Counted from the first letter of the stretch, positions 19,014-27,517 are shown. The stretch is DNA of 27,857 nt from Candidatus Heimdallarchaeota archaeon (GCA_030668875.1 DAOVER010000039.1:1-27857); one strand, 5' to 3'. The notes: generated by a model not told the origin, from the letters alone. Made by a program: numbers and translations.

Positions 19014-19580
19014 ATGACAGGACAAGTTGCAGATGCCTTTCTTTATCAAGATGAAGGCTATTCAATCGTAGGTATAAATGGTGGTTCATTATTTGAACCA
19101 TTGGCATATAACATCGAAACCATAGCTGCTTCAACAGCATGCTGGCGAGGTTTTCAAGCATTTTACACTCTACTGGATAATAAATTAATGTTGAAGGAAC
19201 TTTTTCTGAATTCTAAAAAAGAAGAAATAATTAATGAGCAAAAACCGAAAAATGTGAAAAGTATGTTTAGATTTCGATACCCTAAGCTAAATCTAGAAAT
19301 CAATTTCACTGGAAAACTTCTAATTGCTAGAGATTTTATTTCAGAACTTTATGTTCATATGGGTTTTCAAAGTCCTGAGAGTTTTAAAACTGTTTTAGAA
19401 TTTATTTTTGAGGAAGGGGTCTTAACAGAAGTTATAGATCTTTCAGAACAAATGGAGAAATTACGTGAAAATGATTATGAACAGCGAACTAAACCAAATG
19501 ATCCCAATGATTCATTTGAAGTTGATAGATGGATTAGAGACAGATTTTCACTCGAATACGGCACAAAGAATGATGATTAA
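19014..19580 (+). CDS. Conserved hypothetical protein (MTxQ...STACWRG motif)
   Basis: 188-aa ATG-started ORF. The N-terminus MTGQVADAFLY...LFEP...STACWRGFQAFY resembles a widespread uncharacterised family from recollection only. Confidence 0.75.
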   Translation: MTGQVADAFLYQDEGYSIVGINGGSLFEPLAYNIETIAASTACWRGFQAFYTLLDNKLMLKELFLNSKKEEIINEQKPKNVKSMFRFRYPKLNLEINFTGKLLIARDFISELYVHMGFQSPESFKTVLEFIFEEGVLTEVIDLSEQMEKLRENDYEQRTKPNDPNDSFEVDRWIRDRFSLEYGTKNDD

Positions 19581-19662
19581 TTAATTGAGTGTGACTTGTT
19601 TATTCTTCTATTCAGATGTTTTAATGAAAGGTTTATTAGTATTCAAACTAATAATTACCAAA

Positions 19663-21651
19663 ATGCTAACCAAAAAGTATCTCACTAAATTAAAGATTAT
19701 TACCTTCGTTTTTTGCATAGTTATTATTTTTTCCATCTTACAATCTTCAACATCCGTATATGGTACTTCAGAATTTCATGTAAATCTAGTGATGAAAGTT
19801 GGAGGGGGTGGTGTTCGTCCTGATTATGGTCTTTTCATAGCTCAATATCTTAGAGAGATTGGTATAGATGTAGAAATTAAGGTTGAAGAATGGACTGCAT
19901 TCATGGGAACAATTTTATTAACACATGATTTTGATTTAGTGATTCTTGGACTATCAGGAGGTAGCTCAATCCCGGATATGAGGGAAGTTTATACTGAAAA
20001 CGGACAATTGAATCTTTTTGGTTTGAATACAACTATTCCTTACTGCCAAGAAAGTGAAGATTTACAAAATCAAGCTCTAATAACATCTGACTTTTATGAA
20101 AGACAAATAATACTTCAGGAGTGGCAACAACTAATGATGGATCAAATTATTCCAATGCTCCCACTCTACTCCCCGCGAAGTTATGTTGCTACTTGGGCAA
20201 ATTTAGTTGGATATGATGCTAGATGGGGTATTGCAAATAGCTTGCCTTATATGGAATTTATTGGTTATCATGAAGGTCAACTTTCGCTTGAAGAATTTAG
20301 AATTGCTGATGCAGACTGGGAGAGGTTAAACAATCTTCTATTCTCTGATAGAGCAAGTAACCTTATTACCGATTTGTATTCAGAAAAAATAATTGGTTGG
20401 AGTCCAGATATTGCTCCTCTTAAGACTGGTTTAATTGTAGACTGGCAAGAAATCAACTCTAATCATTACAAATTCTTTTTACGCGATAACGTATTTTGGA
20501 ATCCAAGCTACAACATTACAGATCGTGATGAGAATTCAATCCCACTTGACTCTATATCTACCAATGATTTAATGACCGGTTTGAAAGATAACCAATATAG
20601 TAATGGAACTAATCAGATGGTTACAGCAAAAGATGTGCTTTTTACTCTTCTCTGTTATGCTAACCCAGTGTTGTATGAGGATTTAGAAACTGATCATCTA
20701 AGATGGCTATCTGATATCTATATTGATCAAGTCGACCCTTTAGCGTTTCACGTTCTAATAGATGGTGATCCAAATACTTCTGAAATAGAGATGTATGTGG
20801 ACTTTTGGGTTGACTTAGATTTAGACATTCTACCAGAATTCTTTTTGAACAGTTCAGAACCTACAATCACCTATACAACTGGAAATGTCAAATGCATAGG
20901 GATTTTCTCAGACATAGTCAATACAACAGAATGGATTTCGTTCACAAAATCCGGATTTGGATGTGGGAAATATCTTTTGGATTATACAAACGACTATGAA
21001 ACGGTTCTACGTGCCAGCCCCCATTGGTTCAAATTTGGTGTAATTGATGGAACAGAACAAGATTTAGATATTGAGAGCTTCATCATTAAAAAAATACCTG
21101 ATTTAACTTCTGCTTTTAACGAATTTAAAGCAGGAAAATTAGATTTGTTAGAGGTAGCCCGTTTTTATCAAGAATTAAGATCTTGGGATCCGCATTATCA
21201 GAAAATTGATATTCAATCGTTTCTCTTAAATTCCTTCAGTTTCATGGGTTTCAATTTAAGGAGGCCTTTCATTGGAGGCGTAGATAATTCTGAGTTCTTA
21301 ACTGATGAAGTTGTAGAAAACTATACCAAAGCATGTGCTGTTAGAAAAGCAATCTGCTATTCGATTGATAGAGACGAGATGAACCAACTGTTACATGATG
21401 GAGAGTGTCTGATAGTACACAGTGTACTTCAACCCTTCTATGCGTACTACTATTTTAATGATATCATAAAATATGATCAAGATTATGATGCAGCTCGATT
21501 ATGGTTAAGTTATGCCGGATATATTGAATATGAAACTATAGTTGCTATTTTTCCAAGCGTGTTTATCATTTTTGCTGTTGTAACTTCAGTAGTACTACGT
21601 AAAAAATTTCTCAAAAAAATCGTCCAGTGTGAAAGAAAACTTCTCTCTTGA
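19663..21651 (+). CDS. Second family-5 solute-binding protein, same permuted order, with a C-terminal TM anchor
   Basis: IAQYLREIGIDVEI, DFDLVILG, ERQIILQEWQ...IPMLPLY, WQEINSNHYKFFLRD, TAKDVLFT, CGKYLL, RKAICYSIDR and YDAARLWLSYAGY motifs. The start is uncertain (19624 or 19663). Confidence 0.85.
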   Translation: MLTKKYLTKLKIITFVFCIVIIFSILQSSTSVYGTSEFHVNLVMKVGGGGVRPDYGLFIAQYLREIGIDVEIKVEEWTAFMGTILLTHDFDLVILGLSGGSSIPDMREVYTENGQLNLFGLNTTIPYCQESEDLQNQALITSDFYERQIILQEWQQLMMDQIIPMLPLYSPRSYVATWANLVGYDARWGIANSLPYMEFIGYHEGQLSLEEFRIADADWERLNNLLFSDRASNLITDLYSEKIIGWSPDIAPLKTGLIVDWQEINSNHYKFFLRDNVFWNPSYNITDRDENSIPLDSISTNDLMTGLKDNQYSNGTNQMVTAKDVLFTLLCYANPVLYEDLETDHLRWLSDIYIDQVDPLAFHVLIDGDPNTSEIEMYVDFWVDLDLDILPEFFLNSSEPTITYTTGNVKCIGIFSDIVNTTEWISFTKSGFGCGKYLLDYTNDYETVLRASPHWFKFGVIDGTEQDLDIESFIIKKIPDLTSAFNEFKAGKLDLLEVARFYQELRSWDPHYQKIDIQSFLLNSFSFMGFNLRRPFIGGVDNSEFLTDEVVENYTKACAVRKAICYSIDRDEMNQLLHDGECLIVHSVLQPFYAYYYFNDIIKYDQDYDAARLWLSYAGYIEYETIVAIFPSVFIIFAVVTSVVLRKKFLKKIVQCERKLLS

Positions 21652-21693
21652 AGAATTATTTTTTTAAACTGATGTGACGGCAACTGAATTAGA

Positions 21694-22719
21694 ATGACTG
21701 ATACTGTATGTGCTTACTTGTTGGGTAGTGAACCTTCGACAAGAGAGAACCTTGCTAGACAACTTGGTAAGAAAGGAACTTCTTCTGATGTTTGTTTATA
21801 CAATTATGACAAGGATTTCACACTGGAGGTGGTAGACCCCCTACGGTATCCTGACAAACCTCTTGCATTGTTCCAAACTATCTTCATGACAGATGTACCT
21901 ATAGTATTGATACCACTTACTGGTCCTGATATTCATACAGCTGAATTCGGATTACTTCTCGAATCACTTAGATTTGAAAATGGTATCATAGCAATTGTTC
22001 ATGAGGGAGAATATTTTGATGTTGACCAAATTGAGCAGAAAATCCAGAAAATGTTTTCTAATCTTCTCTTAAACAATTATCCAATTTTGAATGTTGATTT
22101 AACAAAAGGAGAAACTGTTAATGAGCTGAAATTATTGATAAAAGAAAAATCATCTGCTAGACCTTCATTCATGTGGGCAGAAAAAGATCATTCAAGAGTA
22201 GATGTTGATCATGTTTTTCCAGTAAAGGGAATAGGAACTGTTATACTAGGAAGAGTTAGAGCTGGTAGCTTGAAAAGAGGAGAAACTTTACATGTTTTTC
22301 CCTCAAAAAGAAACTGTATACTTCGCTCAATTCAAATAAGTGATGTTGAGTATAATGAAGCTGAAACAGGAAAAAGAGTAGGGCTTGCTCTTCGTGGATT
22401 ATTACCAAAAGATGTTCAAAGAGGATTTGTTCTTTCTAATAGTATCAGCTGGACTATTTCTTCAGAATTAGATGTAAAATTACGTATTGCTCCTTATTCT
22501 AAACTACCAGAAGAAGGTAAAACAAGGCATTTGATTGTTGGTCTCCATGCAGTACCTGCAAAGGTTTTAACATGTGCTCCAATCAAGGATGAAGACCCAG
22601 GTATGTTTTGCATCTCATTAAAATTAGATCAAGAAATAGCTTTCTTTCATGAAGAACCTGCACTTCTGATTGATTTGAATGGTAAACCAAAAACTATTGG
22701 ATTTTGTAAGCTAGTTTAA
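21694..22719 (+). CDS. Archaeal SelB-like elongation-factor homologue (aSelBL type) with a degenerate G domain
   Basis: LGKKGTSSDVCLYN and YPDKP motifs, plus EF-Tu domain II VDHVFPVKGIGTVILGRV...LRSIQ...GKRVGLALRG. No GxxxxGK[ST] P-loop is present. Confidence 0.85.
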   Translation: MTDTVCAYLLGSEPSTRENLARQLGKKGTSSDVCLYNYDKDFTLEVVDPLRYPDKPLALFQTIFMTDVPIVLIPLTGPDIHTAEFGLLLESLRFENGIIAIVHEGEYFDVDQIEQKIQKMFSNLLLNNYPILNVDLTKGETVNELKLLIKEKSSARPSFMWAEKDHSRVDVDHVFPVKGIGTVILGRVRAGSLKRGETLHVFPSKRNCILRSIQISDVEYNEAETGKRVGLALRGLLPKDVQRGFVLSNSISWTISSELDVKLRIAPYSKLPEEGKTRHLIVGLHAVPAKVLTCAPIKDEDPGMFCISLKLDQEIAFFHEEPALLIDLNGKPKTIGFCKLV

Positions 22720-22792
22720 TTTGTGAGAGGATTATGTTAGGTTTATTTTGAAATTAACAAAGATTTAAATCTATGATTCTAAAGTTTGGATT

Positions 22793-22909
22793 ATGTCAGA
22801 AAAGAAAATCTGCTCGAACTGCAGTTCTGCTAATCAAGTTGATGCCACTATTTTTTTAGTTTGCAGAGTTCCACTTGATATTGATGGTCTGGAGGATAGT
22901 GAGTATTAG
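22793..22909 (+). CDS. 38-aa degenerate zinc-ribbon ORF (possibly a pseudogene)
   Basis: MSEKKICSNCSSANQVDATIFLVCRVPL... fits CxxC-x6-A-x-F-CxxC-xx-L with one Cys lost. It is not in the ORF track. Confidence 0.45.
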   Translation: MSEKKICSNCSSANQVDATIFLVCRVPLDIDGLEDSEY

Positions 22910-23076
22910 TTTAGTAGTTTGGTTGCTAATTTAGAATAATAGAACAATTAAATGATATTGTCTCTGTTAGCATCTCATTTTCTTCAAACCTAGTAAATAC
23001 GTTTATTCACGATTTTACTGACTTTTCTGTATGTTGGAAATAATTATAAGTGGCTGACAGATAATAGATTTGCAAA

Positions 23077-23439
23077 GTGATGTCTATGGGTTCTAGTATA
23101 AATCAATCCTATTTCCGAAAACGAATTTTTCCAATCTTCAGTTTTGTTTTTGGACCCATTTTAATTTCAGTAGGCATCTTTGTTCCAAATATCTTATGGA
23201 AAATAATCTTCATTGTTCTAGGTTCAAGTCTGATAATCAGTTTATATCTTTCAAGGAGAGCCACTGCTGCTGCTCCTCATGAATTGTGCCCCGCTTGCCA
23301 TGGTGCTGGTTCAGTAAAAAATCAGACCGATCAGCTTTCAGAACATTTTGTTAAGAGTTGTTTGAGTTATAAAGTAATTACCCAAACTTGTGGTATGTGT
23401 GATGGTACTGGTAAAATGAAACAACAATCTCCAGATTGA
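23077..23439 (+). CDS. Two-TM membrane protein with a DnaJ-type zinc finger
   Basis: Two hydrophobic helices followed by CPACHGAG and CGMCDGTG (CxxCxGxG twice). Confidence 0.75.
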   Translation: MMSMGSSINQSYFRKRIFPIFSFVFGPILISVGIFVPNILWKIIFIVLGSSLIISLYLSRRATAAAPHELCPACHGAGSVKNQTDQLSEHFVKSCLSYKVITQTCGMCDGTGKMKQQSPD

Positions 23440-23548
23440 ATTATATTTTACTTAGGTTAGGATAAAACCTATTGCAAGACAATTACTGGAAGAAATGAAT
23501 CATCATTATCTTACTCATTCATAGAGAACATTTTTATCTGTCTGAACA

Positions 23549-23884
23549 ATGTATGTACTCGTGACAGAAAAGAAATGTGATCATTGTAATGCTCCAATAG
23601 AAGAGAATGCAGTTTTTTGTTTTGAATGTGGACACGAACTTAGTTTTTCAAAACCCAATTCTTATGATAATCAAGTGACAGACAATGAAAAACACACACA
23701 GTCATTCATTCGGAGTGGGAGCTCTCCAACCGAGCGTACATATGCACAACAAGACATATACGGTAAGCAACAAGGGAAAAATTATAGGCGCAAAAGAGTG
23801 ACTTCAAGAATGATTTCGCGTATAATTAGCTTCGCAATAATGATGGCAATAATTTACGTTTTAGGTTACTTTTTCTTAGATTAA
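23549..23884 (+). CDS. Zinc-ribbon protein with a C-terminal TM helix
   Basis: CDHCNAPIEENAVFCFECGHEL, a polar linker, then IISFAIMMAIIYVLGYFF. Confidence 0.8.
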   Translation: MYVLVTEKKCDHCNAPIEENAVFCFECGHELSFSKPNSYDNQVTDNEKHTQSFIRSGSSPTERTYAQQDIYGKQQGKNYRRKRVTSRMISRIISFAIMMAIIYVLGYFFLD

Positions 23885-23926
23885 TTTTCATAAAATTTTA
23901 TAACTAACTGGTATTCTAACAGTGCT

Positions 23927-24484
23927 ATGGTTTTCATTGATTACGTCTGGCATTCCATTATTGCAGTTTTCGTTTTTGCTCATCCTATGTTCCAAACAAG
24001 TTCTTTTGCTAATATTTGGGGTGGAGGAAAGCCAGTTGATTTGGGAAAAACTTGGAAGGGAAAAAGGATACTAGGTGATAACAAAACTTGGAAAGGATTT
24101 ATTGCTGGGCTGATTGCAGGAACATTCTTCGGAGCAGTTATCTCTTTCTTCTTTGCTGATCCTTTCAATCTATTTTACGGAAATGTTTTCCCTTGTGAAT
24201 ATCCAATGTATATAGGCTTTTTCTTCTCAATTGGAACCCATTTAGCAGACTTCATAGGTTCCTTCATTAAAAGAAGAATAAGCATTGCTCCAGGAAGAGG
24301 TTTGTTCCCATGGGATCAAATGGGATACATCTTAACTGGTTTTGCTTGTAGTATAGGTTTTATGTTTCCTTTAAAAGAACTCTTCTGGTATTATTTCCTG
24401 TTTTTACTAATAGCTACTTTCTTTATTCATATACTTGTCAGCTTTATCGCTTATAAATTGGGAATAAAAAATGTATGGTACTGA
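23927..24484 (+). CDS. carS: CDP-archaeol synthase (CDP-2,3-bis-(O-geranylgeranyl)-sn-glycerol synthase)
   Basis: AN...GGGKPVDLGK...RILGDNKTWKG and DFIGSFIKRR...PG...WDQ motifs in a multi-TM protein. Confidence 0.9.
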   Translation: MVFIDYVWHSIIAVFVFAHPMFQTSSFANIWGGGKPVDLGKTWKGKRILGDNKTWKGFIAGLIAGTFFGAVISFFFADPFNLFYGNVFPCEYPMYIGFFFSIGTHLADFIGSFIKRRISIAPGRGLFPWDQMGYILTGFACSIGFMFPLKELFWYYFLFLLIATFFIHILVSFIAYKLGIKNVWY

Positions 24485-24530
24485 GAAATTGACAAAATAA
24501 CTTTTATTATACTCTTCTATTCTTTCTTTA

Positions 24531-25391
24531 ATGGTAAAACAAGAAGAGAAGACTAAATTTGAGCTAATGACACAAGCTAATTATGAGAAAATTGCTAAAA
24601 TTGAGTTTGTACCTCTCTCTGATGGGTCACAAATTAGAACACTATATACTGAAGCTCCAGAAGAAACGTCTACTAACTTCACGATCGTTCTTGTTGCTGG
24701 TTGGGTTTCAATAGTTTTAGGATGGGATGATCTACTTATGGAAGCTAAAGAGTTTTTTAATATTCTATATGTAGAGTCCAGAGAAAAAGCTACAAGTATA
24801 GTTCCAAAAAAAGGAAAATTCGATCTTGATCGCTATGCTTTGGATATCAATGAAGCTATTGAATATCATCAACTTAATGAAAAAGAGACGATTATTCTAT
24901 CTACATCCTTCGGTTCAGTTCTAGTCGCTTTAATGCTTAAAAATCTAGAAATTAATCCCTACCTCTCTATTCTTGTTGGTCCCATAGACCAAATTGTCTT
25001 GCCTTTAGCTTTAAAACTAGCTTTTATCATTTTACCTTCTTGGATGTTTGATCTAATCAAACCCTTTGGATTCTGGTGGGTAAGGAAATTTAAGACAGAA
25101 GATGAATATCAAGCTGCTCGTTATATTCGAGCAATTCGTGACTCTGAACCGAGAAAATGGAAGAAAACTATTAGACATGTAGCTTTTGCTAAGTTTTTGG
25201 ATTATTATAAAGGTCTAGAAAATAATATCCTTGTTATTGATGAAAGTGAAGATCCTCTGCATGATACTGAAAAAACAAGGAAGATAGCCTCACTTATGCC
25301 AAATTCTAGAATAATTGATATCAAAACCAACAGAGCTGCACATTCGTCACCCATGATAGAAATAATGCTTGAAGAAATAAAGAAAAAATAA
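24531..25391 (+). CDS. Alpha/beta-fold hydrolase
   Basis: VLVAGW oxyanion loop, nucleophile elbow STSFGS, acid in DESEDPLH, catalytic His in RAAHS. Confidence 0.8.
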   Translation: MVKQEEKTKFELMTQANYEKIAKIEFVPLSDGSQIRTLYTEAPEETSTNFTIVLVAGWVSIVLGWDDLLMEAKEFFNILYVESREKATSIVPKKGKFDLDRYALDINEAIEYHQLNEKETIILSTSFGSVLVALMLKNLEINPYLSILVGPIDQIVLPLALKLAFIILPSWMFDLIKPFGFWWVRKFKTEDEYQAARYIRAIRDSEPRKWKKTIRHVAFAKFLDYYKGLENNILVIDESEDPLHDTEKTRKIASLMPNSRIIDIKTNRAAHSSPMIEIMLEEIKKK

Positions 25392-25413
25392 AAAAGAGAA
25401 AAATAATGCCTTT

Positions 25414-26204
25414 TTAATCTAATTCAAATCCACAATTGAAGCAGAATTTTTCTTTAGATTTTATTTTCTAACCACAGTTTGAACAAAATTGAGTTATTTC
25501 AGGTTCTAATAATTTTACTGGTATTGCTTGTTGTTCATCCATTTGATGTTGATCTGTTATGTACTCAAGAGTAGGCTCAGGTATCCTCATGGCATCCACT
25601 GGTTCATGTTTTGCAACTTTCGTTCCATTACGATAAAGGATAATTCCCAAAGTAATAGAAATAATCAAAGAAATTGCAGAAACAATAAGAAAAATTGTGT
25701 AAGCTGTTTCTTCTATCGCTTCTAGATTCTGGACATCAGGAGCTAGTATAAAAGCAAGCACAATTGAAAAACCAACTACGAGTAAAGAAGAATAACCATA
25801 CAAAGGAAATATCCAGTGATTTAATTTTCCTTCTGAAGAGTACGCATAACTCATTTTATTGAAAGTTTTATTTAATTTAGTAAATCCTAATGTTACTGAA
25901 AGAAGCAATTATAGTTGCACCTAGAAATACCAATAACCACAATCTAGCAGAACGAGCGTCATTTATAGAAGGAGGAATTTGTTGAGATAAAAACATCCAA
26001 TGCGTTAACGAGAAATAATATTGAGCCTACATTAAAAAGTATCAGTGTTATCTTTAAAACAAGAAATAGGGTTAAATTACTTGATATTATATCCAATGGT
26101 AAAAAAGCTGTCCCTAATGTAATACTACTTGATAATATGAAAAACAATCCAGCTAATTTAAAACCCAAAGATGAATTTTTTAAAAACCTGTTATCCCTAC
26201 ACAT
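25414..26204 (-). pseudogene. Multi-pass membrane protein with a C-terminal zinc ribbon, disrupted by two frameshifts and an in-frame TAG
   Basis: The 26204-25959 and 25908-25468 ORFs are bridged by a third frame (PSINDARSARLWLLVFLGATII). The TAG at 25468-25470 splits FCSNCG*KIKSKEKFCFNCGFELD, which ends at TAA 25414. Confidence 0.75.
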
Positions 26205-26233
26205 CTTATCTCACGTTGCTTTCTTTTACTTTT

Positions 26234-26275
26234 TAAACGTATTATATAAATATACGACGTTTAGTATATAAATAT
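26234..26275 (-). promoter_or_regulatory. Tandem TATA boxes with a flanking inverted repeat
   Basis: TATATAAATAT occurs at 26243-26253 and 26265-26275. TAAACGT (26234-26240) and ACGTTTA (26257-26263) bracket the gene-proximal box. Confidence 0.4.
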
Positions 26276-26299
26276 GAAATTAAGAAAAAAAGAAAAAAT

Positions 26300-27517
26300 T
26301 TAGATTGTTTTTCTTTTTCTTCTAAGCATTAATGGAAAAATTATTACAGAAAAAATCGTTAAGGTAATTGATATAATTGTGTTAGATTTTTCAAATTCTG
26401 CTATTACTGGAGAAGTTCCATATCTTGTTATAGTCTCATTTACAGCTTTGGTTGCATCGATAAGACCATATCCGAAGTATTCGTCGAATCCTACCATACC
26501 TAAATCTAACGCTGTATCGTGGAGTATCTCTCGAATTTGATCCACAGTTATAGCATAATTTACCGATCTCATAAGAGCGATAACACCTGCTACTTGAGGA
26601 CAAGCAAAAGATGTTCCAATTGCTTGACCATACAAATTAGAGGGATAATAGGTTGGGGGGAATGTGCTATTGATTAAATGATCCAATGTGATATATAATT
26701 CATCGCCAACAGGGGCTACTAATTCTGTCCACAACCCATAGTTACTATAATCAGCTTTTGCATAAGTGATGTTTGTTGCACCCACTGAAATAACTTCATC
26801 ATATCCTCCAGGAAATGATTGATACTCTACTCCACCAGTTGGTTGCCAAGTATTTCCTGTAACAGAGACTACAGGTACATTTTGTGAGATAGCATAAACA
26901 ATATCGTCATAATATGATGAATCATTGGCATAATATTGCAGACTTAGATTAATAACGTCAGCTCCATTGTCAACTGCATAACGAATAGCATTTCCAAAAT
27001 CCTCATATGATGTACCAGCATAATTAAACTCGTCTAAAATACGTATGTCCATAATCTTACAATCTGGAGCGACACCTGCTATTCCATATAGATCTATTGG
27101 AGCAGCAATAATTCCTGAAATGAACGTAGCATGCCAGTGAATAGGATCTAAAGGTTCAGGTCCTGGGGTATTATCGGAACTTGTAAAGTCCCAACCTGCA
27201 ACATCATCTATGTAACCATTTGAATCATCATCTATCCCATTGTCTGCTATTTCATCAACATTGACCCAAGATGCACTTGCTAGTTCAGGATGTGAGAAAT
27301 CGATACCAGAATCTATTACCGCTATGATAAGATCTTCAGAGCCATTAGTTATTTCCCAAGCTCCTGTTATATTTATCTGTTCTAGATGCCAACCAATTTC
27401 TAATGAGCTAGATATGGAAAATGAAGGCTTGGCAATATAATGTTTTTCTGCTAAAGGTTGTGTCAGTAAGGTTAAAAGAAGAAATGTGATTATAAAAAGG
27501 GAATTTCTCTTCCTCAT
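26300..27517 (-). CDS. S8 family (subtilase) serine peptidase, secreted, with a C-terminal TM anchor
   Basis: Catalytic triad AVIDSGID, HWHATFISG and GTSFACPQVAG; oxyanion Asn in VTGN; signal peptide from MRKRNSLF (27517); C-terminus VIAEF, TM helix, RRKRK. Confidence 0.92.
   Translation of the reverse strand: MRKRNSLFIITFLLLTLLTQPLAEKHYIAKPSFSISSSLEIGWHLEQINITGAWEITNGSEDLIIAVIDSGIDFSHPELASASWVNVDEIADNGIDDDSNGYIDDVAGWDFTSSDNTPGPEPLDPIHWHATFISGIIAAPIDLYGIAGVAPDCKIMDIRILDEFNYAGTSYEDFGNAIRYAVDNGADVINLSLQYYANDSSYYDDIVYAISQNVPVVSVTGNTWQPTGGVEYQSFPGGYDEVISVGATNITYAKADYSNYGLWTELVAPVGDELYITLDHLINSTFPPTYYPSNLYGQAIGTSFACPQVAGVIALMRSVNYAITVDQIREILHDTALDLGMVGFDEYFGYGLIDATKAVNETITRYGTSPVIAEFEKSNTIISITLTIFSVIIFPLMLRRKRKTI

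Noticed and set aside
15571-25470. Global TAG-to-Gln reassignment
   Set aside because: Many long ORFs (500-780 aa) contain no TAG, which is incompatible with a common sense codon.
1112-27440. Short antisense or alternate-frame ORFs in the track (e.g. 1112-1444, 3001-3258, 4020-4319, 4998-5246, 8946-9173, 16401-16733, 25528-25725, 27240-27440)
   Set aside because: They are shadows of well-supported genes with no recognisable motifs.
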